From: Nitrospirota bacterium
Lineage (GTDB): Bacteria > Nitrospirota > Nitrospiria > Nitrospirales > NS-4
DNA: 64,000 nucleotides
Assembly (NCBI GenBank): GCA_963788195.1
Contig: CAWBGA010000017.1
Span: 416,001 to 480,000 of the forward strand
Direction of reading: 5' to 3'
Shown here: positions 49,610-59,684 of the stretch, piece after piece
Layout of the letters: the number at the start of each line of letters is the position of its first letter
Position numbering within the stretch: position 1 is the first letter of the stretch
Notes under the pieces: model-generated
Told to the model about the DNA's origin: nothing
Databases searched by the model: none
The model's input: only the letters and a program-made list of their open reading frames with translations
Position numbers and translations under genes: made by a program

Positions 49610-50247
49610 TCAACAGAAGAGTTTGGGCCGTGAGAAGACGCCGCATGCCGATAGTGGCGGTTGCCGCAATCGCCATCATGATTATGACAGGTCTCGTCGG
49701 TTGCCAATCAACCGGCGGGAAAGGTCAAACCATTCAGGGACCCCAAGAGACCCGGGTGGCCCCGACAGTCGGAACCGCCGTCATCGGTGGTCCTGTCCGA
49801 GCGAAATCCGCCGTCAGAGGTAAATTGTCGGGAGCGCTTGCCGGCGGGACGATAGGGAACTACCTGGAGCGCCAGGATCGCGACGGAGCTGCCGCAGCCG
49901 TGGCTATCGGCTATCTCCCCGAACAAGGCGAAATGCTCACGGTTGACACCGTAGAGGCCTCACCTACAACTGCGCGTCACGGCGACATCGTGAATCTCAC
50001 TTCAACGTACACAGTTCTCACCCCCAACAATCGGCCGATGACGATTCGTGAGACACGTGAAGTACGCCTCAACGGCTCTCTCGTCGCGAATCCGTTCATA
50101 GATGTCCAGCGAAGCAACGGGACCTTCACCAGCATTCTGCCGATCACGTTACCCCAGAACGCAAAGCCCGGGACGTATGAAGTGACGACGACGGTATCAA
50201 AGGACCAGCACACATCCCGGTCCATGACAAACTTCACTGTCCAGTAA
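49606..50247 (+). CDS. Lipoprotein with glycine-zipper-like segment and Ig-like C-terminus
   Basis: LVGC lipobox, GALAGGTIGNYLERQ, PGTYEV; start 49606 or 49645. Confidence 0.7.
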   Translation: MINRRVWAVRRRRMPIVAVAAIAIMIMTGLVGCQSTGGKGQTIQGPQETRVAPTVGTAVIGGPVRAKSAVRGKLSGALAGGTIGNYLERQDRDGAAAAVAIGYLPEQGEMLTVDTVEASPTTARHGDIVNLTSTYTVLTPNNRPMTIRETREVRLNGSLVANPFIDVQRSNGTFTSILPITLPQNAKPGTYEVTTTVSKDQHTSRSMTNFTVQ

Positions 50248-50381
50248 GAATCCCGCTACATCGCGTCGTCATCCGGTGTCCAGGCATCGGTCGCCTTGAC
50301 AGCATTCTCAATGAAACGCTATCCTCCGCTCTCCTCAGTGGCCTGCGTGTCGGACAACGATAACTTCCGGATCAGATCAAG

Positions 50382-51084
50382 ATGTCCAGAGAGATGGAAA
50401 TCAACATCCGCCCCATCTTCTCGACGCCGCTTCTGGTGTTCACGATCCCCGATTACGAGCGCATTAATACAGAGCTTCAGGCCAAAATCCTTGAGCGGGA
50501 GGCCGGCCGGCCGCCCGCTGCCGACCATGAGGTCATTGGGTGGTCTTCGCCTCATGACATGTCGATGATGGAATGGGCCGGCAAGATCATGGAAGATTTA
50601 CTCTCCCCGGTCATCGAAGTCGCGACGCAAGCGACCGAGTTCTCCGAGCGGGCTCCCGCGTTGACGGGCGCAAAGCCACGGTGGCAAGTCGTTGAGACCT
50701 GGGCAAATGTACAACGGCGCGGCGGCATTAACGCTGTGCACCCCCACCCGGGAACCTTCTGGTCCGGGCGTCTACTATGTAGACGTGGGGGATATCTCTC
50801 AAGATAGCCGCTGCGGAGGCGAGCTTCAGCTCTTTGATCCTCGAGGTTGCCTACCGACGATGCTGGCGCCGTTTCTCCGCTATACGGTGCCCGAGCTTCA
50901 TGATGCCGGAAAAAGCATTTCCTTCACCCCTGGTGCAGGCAAATGCGTTCTGTTCCCAGGATGGCTCTCGCATTCTGTCGGTCTCTATACAGGCGACCGG
51001 CCCCGCATTAGCGTAGCGTTCAACCTCGACCCGATCATCGAAGAGTTTCCCGACTGGCGTTTTACGAAATCGAAGCCTTCTTGA
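50382..51084 (+). CDS. Putative 2OG-Fe(II) oxygenase (TIGR02466-like), frameshift ~50768
   Basis: WANV...HPHP..WSG / VYYV, DPR, LFPGWLSHSV, RISVAFN. Confidence 0.85.
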
Positions 51085-51124
51085 ACAATTCCCCTCACCG
51101 GACGAACGTGATGGATATGACACG

Positions 51125-51388
51125 ATGCCCATACGTCCACTAGCCTTTGCCAACGCCCTGGCGTTGACCACTGCCCTTCTAGCCGTCCTCCTGATAATTC
51201 TACGAGTCTTCGCGCCGGCCATGTTCGTATTTGTGTTTAATGCGCAGTTCTTTGGAGCGGATGTCGCCATGTTGCTCCCCACGCAATCCCACACTATCAC
51301 GTTGGTCGCTGAATTTCTGACCTTCGTCGCTGGAGCCTGGGGCTTCGGCTTGGTCGGCGCCGTCCTGTACAATCGCCTCATCAGGTAG
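51125..51388 (+). CDS. Small membrane protein (DUF5676-like)
   Basis: Two hydrophobic segments, C-terminal LYNRL. Confidence 0.6.
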   Translation: MPIRPLAFANALALTTALLAVLLIILRVFAPAMFVFVFNAQFFGADVAMLLPTQSHTITLVAEFLTFVAGAWGFGLVGAVLYNRLIR

Positions 51389-51407
51389 TCTACGTGCTAC
51401 GCAGTGT

Positions 51408-52151
51408 CTAAATTCCCCAGCCGCCGCTTACATGGATGTTGGTGCCGTTCACATAGCGCGCCTCATCGCTCAGGAGGAAGCGCACCACCCCGACCGCATC
51501 CTTCATCTCTCCGATGTAGCCAGCCGGAATTTTCTTGACCATACCCGCCAGCTCCGCCTCGGGAGCGCTGCCGGAATTGATGAAGCCCGGTGAAATAGCA
51601 TTCGCCGTCACGCCGTATGGAGCCAGTGTCTTGGCGAGGGTGCGGGTCAGGATCAGAACACCGACCTTCGCGATGTAATGCGCGGTGAGGTCGGGCTGGG
51701 CAATCATTTGGTCGGCATTGGCCATGGAAAAATTAATGATACGTCCTCGTTTGCGTGCCTTCATACCGGGAGCTATGGCCCTCGTCATATAAAATACCGA
51801 ATCAAGATTATTCGCGAACATGTCCCGCCATCCGCCGGCAGTCTCCTCCCAAATGTTCACTCGATGGTAAGGCCCTGCGCCATTGATGAGACAGTCCACG
51901 GCTCCAAATTCCATTTCCACCCTTCTGGCAAACGACGCGGCCTCTTCGGGGATGGAAACATCACAGCGCTCGGCAAGTACGCGGATTCCCGACCGTTTGA
52001 GCAGCCGGGCTGTATCCTCGGCGTCCTGCTCGGAGGAGCGATAGCAGAAAGCAATCTGCCAGCCGGCTGCGGCAAGGTCGAGTCCGATTGCGCGGGCGAT
52101 TCCCCTCGCGCCGCCGGTGATCAACGCAATCTTGGGTCCATTCTCGAGCAT
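51408..52151 (-). CDS. SDR-family oxidoreductase
   Basis: TGGARGIA, INGAG, YIAK, NAISPG, YVNGTNIHVSGG. Confidence 0.92.
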   Translation of the reverse strand: MLENGPKIALITGGARGIARAIGLDLAAAGWQIAFCYRSSEQDAEDTARLLKRSGIRVLAERCDVSIPEEAASFARRVEMEFGAVDCLINGAGPYHRVNIWEETAGGWRDMFANNLDSVFYMTRAIAPGMKARKRGRIINFSMANADQMIAQPDLTAHYIAKVGVLILTRTLAKTLAPYGVTANAISPGFINSGSAPEAELAGMVKKIPAGYIGEMKDAVGVVRFLLSDEARYVNGTNIHVSGGWGI

Positions 52152-52240
52152 CGCGAGCCGTTATATCATTCCACCGTGACGCTTACAATTGCCTCAAAGC
52201 CCGATCGTCAGGCCCGCAGTGGGTGTCATACAAGCTAAAA

Positions 52241-52269
52241 TTGCAACCAACGTTAATTCATAGTATAAC
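52241..52269 (+). promoter_or_regulatory. Sigma70-type promoter for the hybrid kinase
   Basis: TTGCAA-N17-TATAAC. Confidence 0.55.
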
Positions 52270-52353
52270 TTAGGTAAGACTATGGCATTACAGCGTGCAA
52301 TGATACTCCCCGGTCGTCGCAGATAATTCTGCTCATCCAGGACTCAATTTTGA

Positions 52354-54321
52354 ATGCCAACCTCCGAACTGACCCTCGTTAAACAGAAACTCACGTGGGT
52401 CTCGTTAACCTATTGCGGTATCGCAATACTTCTCGTGTGCGCAGCGTTGGCGTATATAGAAATGGCTGCGACTGACGCTACCCTAGCCGAACATCTGTCC
52501 AAGATGGGGCAGATGGTCGCGGCTCAGCACCGTGGCGCCCTGTCCCTAAAAACGGTTCCCCCGAAAGGCGCGCTCTCCGACATGCTCTCTGCCGTCCCAG
52601 CGATTGCTTCGGTTGCCATTTACTCCGAAGACGGTAGTGTGTTCACCAGCTATATTCGAGACCAAAGAGAGGCTTCTGTGTCTATGCCGCCCCCGGTGGA
52701 CGGACTGCAGAAGGGGGCACGCTCTCTGTCTCTGACAGAACCGATTTGGCTGCAAGGCAAGCGCCTTGGCACTATCTATATCAGCTCCGACCTTGCCCCC
52801 GCGCAAGACCGCCTCAAGAAATTTCTGCCCATCATTGTGGCAGTTGTTTTGACGGCCTTCCTCGGAATCTATCTCTTATTTTCCCGGCTTCTGCAGAAGA
52901 TCTTCGATCCGATCCTGCAATTGGCGCAAACAATGAGGGCGGTGTCCAATGACAGGGACTACTCTGTGCGTGTATCCGAGCGATCCAATGATGAACTAGG
53001 TGAACTTGCCGGCGAATTTAATGAGATGCTGGCGCAAATTCAGAACTCCAATACGGCATCTGAGGTAGCCCGCATCGAGATGGAAAACTGCATGCGGGAG
53101 CGGACCTCCAAACTGCAAGAGGAGATTGCCGAGCGCACCAGATTGGAGCAGCAACTCCTACAGGCGCAAAAGATGGAAGCCCTAGGGCAACTCGCCGGCG
53201 GGATTGCGCATGACTTCAACAATCTTTTGACCGTGATCATGGGCAACCTGTCGCTGGCGCGCCTTCAGTCGGGGCAAGATGGAAAAGTTGCCGCATTGCT
53301 ACAGGCCGCCGAGCAGGGCACCCATCGCGCCAGTGATCTCACCCGTCAGTTGCTGGCCGTGGGACGCCGGACATTCAACCTTCCGAAAGCCTTTGATCTG
53401 CATGAAGTCGTCATGGAAGTCGTACAAATTCTGAAACGCACAATCGATCCGCGTATTGTGATTCAAACGCCCACGGCCGAGGTGGTATGGCTGGTCCATG
53501 CCGATTCGGGCCAGATGTTCCAGGCCTTGATGAACCTGTGCGTCAATGCTCGGGACGCCATGCCCAACGGAGGCCGGCTGCAGATTGCGCTACAGAACGT
53601 GACAAGGAAAATGCATGGCAAGGAAAACCCTGCGCTGGACCCTGCGCCCGGCTGTTTTGTCCGTCTCATTGTGTCCGATACGGGGATGGGGATGGAACCA
53701 GAGACCTGTAGGCGCATCTTTGAGCCGTTCTTCACTACCAAGGAAGTCGGCAAAGGAATGGGGCTCGGTCTCGCAATGGTGTACGGAATCGTCACTCAAA
53801 ACAAGGGGACCATCACGGTTGAAAGCAAACCGAACGAGGGAAGTCGCTTCACGATCGAGCTCCCACGGCACATCGAGAGCGCAGGCGCTCAGGCACATTC
53901 CGCGTCGCTCCCGCCCGAACAATGTGAGCCGAAAACTGGGGAAGGAAGCGGTGAGACCGTTCTCGTCGTCGAGGACGAAGATCAGATTCGAAAGCTGGCC
54001 AGACAGGTCCTGGAACAACTCGGCTACGCGGTGCTGGAAGCCGAGGACGGGGTCCGAGGGCTCATCGTGTACCAAGCCGAACAAAAACGGATCGCCGCAG
54101 TGATTCTTGATCTGACGATGCCGAAAAAATCGGGGTTGGAAGTCCTGGCCACCATGCGTCGACTCAATCCGACAGTTCGCGTGATTCTCTCGAGCGGTTA
54201 TTCAGCCGCTGCTCAAAAGTTGGACCTGGCCAAGTTAGGGGTGATGGCCTTTCTTCAAAAACCCTACGTTCCGAACGATCTGGCCCGAACGCTGAGAACT
54301 GTCTTGGATCAAACTCCCTGA
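52354..54321 (+). CDS. Hybrid sensor histidine kinase/response regulator (TM-periplasmic-HAMP-HisKA-HATPase-REC)
   Basis: [50 protein letters not shown]. Confidence 0.95.
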   Translation: MPTSELTLVKQKLTWVSLTYCGIAILLVCAALAYIEMAATDATLAEHLSKMGQMVAAQHRGALSLKTVPPKGALSDMLSAVPAIASVAIYSEDGSVFTSYIRDQREASVSMPPPVDGLQKGARSLSLTEPIWLQGKRLGTIYISSDLAPAQDRLKKFLPIIVAVVLTAFLGIYLLFSRLLQKIFDPILQLAQTMRAVSNDRDYSVRVSERSNDELGELAGEFNEMLAQIQNSNTASEVARIEMENCMRERTSKLQEEIAERTRLEQQLLQAQKMEALGQLAGGIAHDFNNLLTVIMGNLSLARLQSGQDGKVAALLQAAEQGTHRASDLTRQLLAVGRRTFNLPKAFDLHEVVMEVVQILKRTIDPRIVIQTPTAEVVWLVHADSGQMFQALMNLCVNARDAMPNGGRLQIALQNVTRKMHGKENPALDPAPGCFVRLIVSDTGMGMEPETCRRIFEPFFTTKEVGKGMGLGLAMVYGIVTQNKGTITVESKPNEGSRFTIELPRHIESAGAQAHSASLPPEQCEPKTGEGSGETVLVVEDEDQIRKLARQVLEQLGYAVLEAEDGVRGLIVYQAEQKRIAAVILDLTMPKKSGLEVLATMRRLNPTVRVILSSGYSAAAQKLDLAKLGVMAFLQKPYVPNDLARTLRTVLDQTP

Positions 54322-54809
54322 GGCACCTTTTTGCGGTCTAGACGTTCTTCGACAAACTCTCGAAGATCTTTTTCTGATTTGTCCTTGATCGTAAGAAACT
54401 CCAAGCCGTGCCGGATTCCCTGGCTGTACCGCACGACGGCCGTTTCGATTTCTACGGGCGGCTTTCCATTGGGCATTTTCAGTGTCACTTGGAGGACATC
54501 GCCTCGTTTCAACTCCTGATCGCTTTCCATGGCACAGCCGCGCAGAGACAGATCAACGAGGCGCCCTCTGCCTTCCATGTCCTTCACCTTGAAAGTGAGT
54601 GAAAACTCTGCTTTGACTCTGGAGTATTCGCGCTTGTCCCCTTCGGGGCTATACACTTGCCCAACCTGCCGGACAAAGAAACGCTTACCACAACTTTGAC
54701 AGCGAAAGGGATAGATTTCAAAGCGGCTCAAAAGACCCTCGATGAGGCCCCATTGGCGAGAAATACGCACGAAAACGGCTTTGCATCGCTTACACCGTGG
54801 AGTTTCGAT
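54309..54809 (-). CDS. PilZ-domain protein with N-terminal zinc ribbon
   Basis: KREYSR and DLSLRGC PilZ motifs; CKRC (upstream of the tracked GTG 54770) and CQSC. Confidence 0.85.
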   Translation of the reverse strand: METPRCKRCKAVFVRISRQWGLIEGLLSRFEIYPFRCQSCGKRFFVRQVGQVYSPEGDKREYSRVKAEFSLTFKVKDMEGRGRLVDLSLRGCAMESDQELKRGDVLQVTLKMPNGKPPVEIETAVVRYSQGIRHGLEFLTIKDKSEKDLREFVEERLDRKKVPQGV

Positions 54810-54985
54810 GGCTATCTACCCCCAGTTGATTATACTAGAAACATCATAATACTTAAGTGCCAATCTTGCAACTGGTTAATAACGCCTCGGCAAACGACCC
54901 TTGTTCAGTTGCCATTTCCCGGACCACGAGCCCGGCTGCCGGAGCGCGACGGGCGTTCTTTCAAAGAGTTTGCGTGGGTGACGAT

Positions 54986-56635
54986 TTAGAACAGGCCGAC
55001 AACATCTCCGGTGACTGGATCCAAGTCGATCTGCGAAGCCGCCGGCCTGGTTGGCATCCCCGGCATCAATTGCATACCTGCGCAGACGGCGGTCAGAAAT
55101 CCTGCGCCCGCCAGAGTACGAAGCTCCTGGATCTTGACGGTAAAGCCATGGGGTCGCCCCTTCAGCGCCGGGTCGGCTGATAGCGAGAACGGGGTCTTGG
55201 CCATGCAAATCGGAAAAGCTCCAAATCCGAGTCGCGTGGCGGTCAGGATATCTGCCTGCGCCTTTGAGCCATACTCGACCCCGCTGGCGCCGTACATGAA
55301 ACGCGCAATGGTCTCAATCTTCTCCTCGATGGACACGTTCAGGTCGTAGAGTAAGCGACAGGTGCAAGGTTGCGCACACACAGCCAATACGGCACTAGCG
55401 AGTTCTTCCGCTCCCGCTCCACCGTCGCGATATGGCGAGGATACCACGGCGGCTGCTGCTCCCATCTCCACGCCTTTTTCCTTGAGGATCTGTAATTCCT
55501 CTTGGGTATCGTCGGGAAAGACGTTCACGGCTACCACGGCCGGCACGCCAAAGGCCCGAATGTTCGATAGATGCTGCTCTAAATTGGCAAGCCCACTCAT
55601 TAAGGCTTCCGCGTTCGGACGGACTACAGATGCAGGAAGCGGCTGGCCGGGTTTTAATGTCGCGCCTCCGCCGTGCAACTTCAGCGCGCGCAGGGATGCG
55701 ACGATCACGGCGGCCGCTGGTCTGAACCCGGAAACTCGGCATTTGATATCGAAGAACTTCTCTGCACCGAGTTCGCTGCCAAATCCCGCCTCGGTCACCA
55801 CGTAGTCAGCCAAGCGCAAAGCCATGGCATCGGCCAAAATCGAGCAATTACCATGAGCTATATTGCCGAAAGGGCCGGCGTGGATAATCGCGGGGGTACC
55901 TTCCGCGGTTTGAAGCAAATTCGGACACAAGGCGTCCTTCAGCAGAACCGCCATTGCCCCGCTACTGGCAAGTTGATCGGCCGTCACAGGATGCTCATCT
56001 TTGGTCATGCCGATCACGATCCGTCCCAGACGCTTCCGGAGGTCATGAAGATCGGTCGCCAGCGCCAGAATCGCCATGACCTCGGAAGCCTCGGTAATGA
56101 CAAACTGCGTGCGGCGCCCGCTTAAAAGGATCACTTCGCGAAGATCCCTGTCATTGAGCGCAAGCGCCCGTGGCCAGCTGACTCTCTCTGGGTCAATATT
56201 GAGGGAATTTCCGTGAAAGATGTGATTATCGATGCAGGCGGCAAGGAGATTATGCGCTGCGGCCACCGCATGGGCATCCCCCGTGAGATGCAAATTGATG
56301 TCCTCCAGGGGAAGGACCTTCGAACGACCACCGCCGGACGCGCCCCCTTTGATCCCAAAGACCGGCCCCAGCGCCGGCTGGCGCAAGGTGACGATTGCCT
56401 TCTTTCCCAACCGGCACAACCCCATTGCCAGGCCAATGGAGGTCACGGTTTTGCCCTCACCGAAGGGTGTCGGATTGATCGCGGTCACCAGGATATACTT
56501 TGCCAGTTGACGCGATGCCAGCCGATGGAGCAATGACAAATCGATCTTCGCTTTGTATCGCCCGTAGGGGATCAACTCAGCTTGGGTAAGACCCAACTCG
56601 GCGGCGATTTCGGCAATCGGGCGCATCGCGCTCAT
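54986..56635 (-). CDS. fhs: Formate--tetrahydrofolate ligase
   Basis: PTPFGEGKT, GPVFGIKGGASGGG, HAGPFGNIAHG, TEAGFG, CMAKT, MPGMP. Confidence 0.96.
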   Translation of the reverse strand: MSAMRPIAEIAAELGLTQAELIPYGRYKAKIDLSLLHRLASRQLAKYILVTAINPTPFGEGKTVTSIGLAMGLCRLGKKAIVTLRQPALGPVFGIKGGASGGGRSKVLPLEDINLHLTGDAHAVAAAHNLLAACIDNHIFHGNSLNIDPERVSWPRALALNDRDLREVILLSGRRTQFVITEASEVMAILALATDLHDLRKRLGRIVIGMTKDEHPVTADQLASSGAMAVLLKDALCPNLLQTAEGTPAIIHAGPFGNIAHGNCSILADAMALRLADYVVTEAGFGSELGAEKFFDIKCRVSGFRPAAAVIVASLRALKLHGGGATLKPGQPLPASVVRPNAEALMSGLANLEQHLSNIRAFGVPAVVAVNVFPDDTQEELQILKEKGVEMGAAAAVVSSPYRDGGAGAEELASAVLAVCAQPCTCRLLYDLNVSIEEKIETIARFMYGASGVEYGSKAQADILTATRLGFGAFPICMAKTPFSLSADPALKGRPHGFTVKIQELRTLAGAGFLTAVCAGMQLMPGMPTRPAASQIDLDPVTGDVVGLF

Positions 56636-56716
56636 GCTATGGCCACCGCTCGACCTGGATGGCGGACATTTGACATCCTCTCGAGCGCTGGGTACAAAGT
56701 GAGATGGAGGAAGTGC

Positions 56717-56950
56717 ATGCCCTGCGCGAACTGCGGAAGTACCACACTGACTATCACACTGGACGGAGCGGCGAGGGAGATCTGTCCCTCATGCGATATT
56801 CCTGAACGGAGTTGCACCTGGTGTCGGCTTCCGATGACGAAGAAGCTGGTAGGCAATGCGCAGTTTGTCCACTATATCTGCCCAAAGTGCGTATTTCAGC
56901 ACACCTCGAAGTATCGACCGCCCTCGCCGACTAGTGCGCCGAAGACCTGA
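56717..56950 (+). CDS. Small protein with four CxxC motifs (double zinc ribbon, 77 aa)
   Basis: GGAGG RBS, ATG 56717; CANC, CPSC, CTWC, CPKC. Confidence 0.75.
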   Translation: MPCANCGSTTLTITLDGAAREICPSCDIPERSCTWCRLPMTKKLVGNAQFVHYICPKCVFQHTSKYRPPSPTSAPKT

Positions 56951-57266
56951 TCATTATCAGCACCAGGGCGGCAGCCATGCCGGCCGAAAATGGGATTACC
57001 GAATACTTCATCACACTTTTCCTGAGAGTCCTCGCCGTCCAATCGGGGTGCGACGTCTCTAGTTCACGATACACGAATTCATACCCGAGGATGAGATTGC
57101 TCAGGAACAGAACAAACATCCGTAGAGTACGGCCCCAGGTATACTCTGCAGTTAGAAGAAATTCCAGGATGAAGAAGCCGCCCACCACGTGGTACAGCGG
57201 GACGAACACGCAGAGGAAACAGTCCCCCATGCGACGCCAGACCGCCGTGTCCTCGAGGACTTTCAT
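56931..57266 (-). CDS. Small three-helix membrane protein of unknown function
   Basis: Three hydrophobic segments; ATGA overlap with the upstream gene. Confidence 0.7.
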   Translation of the reverse strand: MKVLEDTAVWRRMGDCFLCVFVPLYHVVGGFFILEFLLTAEYTWGRTLRMFVLFLSNLILGYEFVYRELETSHPDWTARTLRKSVMKYSVIPFSAGMAAALVLIMIRSSAH

Positions 57267-57628
57267 GAAGCGGGGGCCACAGGCTGAACTGATGCGGCTT
57301 CAGGCTGTGGGGCCGTCGCTGCTGCTGGCACAGGGCCAGCGTGCTGGTCAGATCGCTCTGATATCGGGGGCGGTCCAGGCATTCTTTGCCCTTCGCGCAC
57401 CCGTCCAGCTTTGCAGTCCCCGCAGATCCGCGGGCGATGCTTGAAAAATTTGGGACCACTCAGACAGTTATAATGCACCACCTCTGAGCAGACAGCACAC
57501 CGCGCCCACCCACCGGTCAGGAAGGTGATATTCCGATAAAGGCCCTTCTGACATACCGGGCAGAACGCGGGTTGGATCTCCAATGTCAGCGCCTCTGTAC
57601 CTTGTTCCCACATCCATCGTAAGCTCAT
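57263..57628 (-). CDS. C4HC3 zinc-finger protein (PHD/RING-CH-like) with Pro/Ala-rich tail
   Basis: CPVC-x17-CAVC-x4-H-x2-C-x13-CGDC. Confidence 0.78.
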   Translation of the reverse strand: MSLRWMWEQGTEALTLEIQPAFCPVCQKGLYRNITFLTGGWARCAVCSEVVHYNCLSGPKFFKHRPRICGDCKAGRVREGQRMPGPPPISERSDQHAGPVPAAATAPQPEAASVQPVAPAS

Positions 57629-57699
57629 AGATCGATCAGTTTACACAACGACTACCATGGTCGCAAGCCGGTCGTCCTATGCCTGCGATTGCAATGGGT

Positions 57700-57990
57700 C
57701 GACCAGGCGAGGGGAGGGCGGGTGTTATGGAAAGGAGCCCGTCTTGGCAGCGCCAGGGAGAGCGGGTGCAATGGCACCCTATGCTCTTCACTTGCAAGGG
57801 GTCGAAGATCAAAGAAAAAGAGAAACTACCCCGGCGGCTTTGAATAATCATCAGGCCTTCGGGTCGAGCAAGCTTTGCTTGGAGGGCGGGTGTTATGGAA
57901 AGGAGCCCGTCCATGGGAGAAGAGCCTGCTTCAGGCTCCGGCCACGGAAAGCGGCTGTCTAGGCAGCCGTGGGGCGGGCGGGTGTTATGA
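57700..57990 (-). repeat. Mosaic cluster of the hairpin-repeat family in a divergent intergenic region
   Basis: Direct repeat ggagggcgggtgttatggaaaggagcccgtc at ~57713 and ~57881; minus-strand cggctg-cctaga-cagccg; modules shared with 62852-63376. Confidence 0.85.
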
Positions 57991-58129
57991 GGGTGCAATG
58001 GCGGGCGAGTAAAGGGCCGGATGCTTATGGAGAAGGGGGGAAACCCCCTCGATTCGGGCTCAGCATGCAAAACAGGCAAGAGTGGAGCGTGAAGCGTCAA
58101 GATAAAATACAATAGTCGATGAGGTAAGC

Positions 58130-58720
58130 ATGCGTCCTCTCTTCTGCGCGATTCTGACCACTGGCTTCTGGGTCACCGCTTCAACAGTCTGCGCCATCGA
58201 GGTTCAGCCACAGGCCGCAGAAATTGCGATGGCTCTCGAGCGCGGAAGCCTCGCAGCGGCCGCGCGCACCCCGCCTGAGCGCCTGTACACATGGTTTGGC
58301 ACGGAACAAGGCGATCGCGCGCCACATGGATTTCTCATGACGAAGCTCGATGCTCTCGCCGTCTTGTCGGCCCATTTCAGCCTACGCAGTCTTAGCCCCT
58401 CACCGTCAGATCAAGCGCAGGTTTTGGCCGATCCTCATCTCCTGGTCAGCGCGATCTTGTTCGGCGAGCGACCGGATTTTGCGGTGGACGCTTATATGCT
58501 GATGCAGCAGGGATCACGCAAGATCATTCCTGCGAAGGTTCGGTTTGATGCTACCGCCACTCAGTCAAGCGCCTGGCCATCGTCTCCTGCATACCGCGCT
58601 AAGGTCGTCGCCTTCTTCGCTTATGTCGATTTCGACCCCCGCGCCAAGAGCCGCATTTCGGTCTTTCCTAGGGGTGGAGGGGAAATCGCCTTCGACCTCG
58701 ATTTCGCAGCCATCCCATAG
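58130..58720 (+). CDS. Exported hypothetical protein
   Basis: GAGGT RBS, signal peptide, 196 aa ORF filling the gap before ispA. Confidence 0.7.
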   Translation: MRPLFCAILTTGFWVTASTVCAIEVQPQAAEIAMALERGSLAAAARTPPERLYTWFGTEQGDRAPHGFLMTKLDALAVLSAHFSLRSLSPSPSDQAQVLADPHLLVSAILFGERPDFAVDAYMLMQQGSRKIIPAKVRFDATATQSSAWPSSPAYRAKVVAFFAYVDFDPRAKSRISVFPRGGGEIAFDLDFAAIP

Positions 58721-58729
58721 CTCTCTTGT

Positions 58730-58758
58730 TTGACACCTCACCAGCCCCTTGTTAAGCT
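58730..58758 (+). promoter_or_regulatory. Sigma70-type promoter, near-leaderless transcript for ispA
   Basis: TTGACA-N17-TAAGCT, 11 nt before ATG 58770 with no RBS. Confidence 0.55.
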
Positions 58759-58769
58759 GCCGCCCGCTT

Positions 58770-59658
58770 ATGGACTTTTCAGCCTATCTGGAGGAAAAGC
58801 GTCGGGTCGTGGACGGCTATCTCGACACAGTGGTTCCCTGCCGACAGTGCTCCTCCCGAGACACTTCACCAAGCCATGCGCTATAGTTTGTTCGCGGGCG
58901 GCAAGCGGGTCCGCCCAATTCTGACTATCGCTACCTACGAATCGTTTCACCAGCCCTCACCGGCGGTTCTCCCGTGCGCCGCCGCTTTGGAGTTAGTTCA
59001 TACATACTCCCTGATCCACGACGACCTGCCGGCAATGGACAATGATGATTACCGCCGTGGGCGGCTCACAAACCATAAGGTGTTTGGAGAAGCCATGGCG
59101 ATTCTCGCCGGTGATGCCCTGCTCACAATGGCTTTCGATCTCATCAGCAGAGATTCAATGCACGGCGTGGACCCTGGTGCGCAGATTCGGGTGGTTCAGG
59201 AACTGGCGATCGGGGCGGGTGATACAGGCATGGTGGCGGGGCAGGTGGCAGATCTTGAAGCCGAGGGAAAAGATATCGACCTGGCGACGCTGGAAGGTGT
59301 TCATCGGAGGAAGACCGGTAAGTTGATTAGAGCCGCCGTGCGAATTGGTGGGATCCTAGCCGGCGCTTCGCCCGCGTCCCTGAAAAATTTCACCGCCTAC
59401 GCCGAGGACATCGGTCTCGCCTTTCAAATTGCCGATGATGTCCTTAATGTCGTTGGCTCGCGGGAGGAATTAGGTAAAGATGCAAATACCGATGCCTCAC
59501 GGGGGAAAAAGACGTATCCCGCCTTCTTCGGCGTAGAGGGGTCGCGCAAACTCGCCGAAGAACGAGTGGCGTCTGCCATCCGACACCTTGAGGACTTTGA
59601 CTCCAAGGCCGATCCTCTGCGCGAGCTTGCTCGGTACATCACCGCGAGGAAAAACTAA
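58770..59658 (+). CDS. ispA: Farnesyl/geranylgeranyl diphosphate synthase (frameshift ~58838)
   Basis: MDFSAYLEEKRR..., MRYSLFAGGKRVRP, LIHDDLPAMDNDDYRRG, FQIADD, KKTYP. Confidence 0.93.
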
Positions 59659-59684
59659 CGGCGTGAAAGGGGATCAAGCAAAAC

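Noticed and set aside
57636..58112. ORFs 57636..58112, 57657..57962, 62954..63436 and 63040..63477 as proteins
   Set aside because: They are translations of the repeat mosaics (Pro/Arg-rich, several overlapping frames, no clear RBS)
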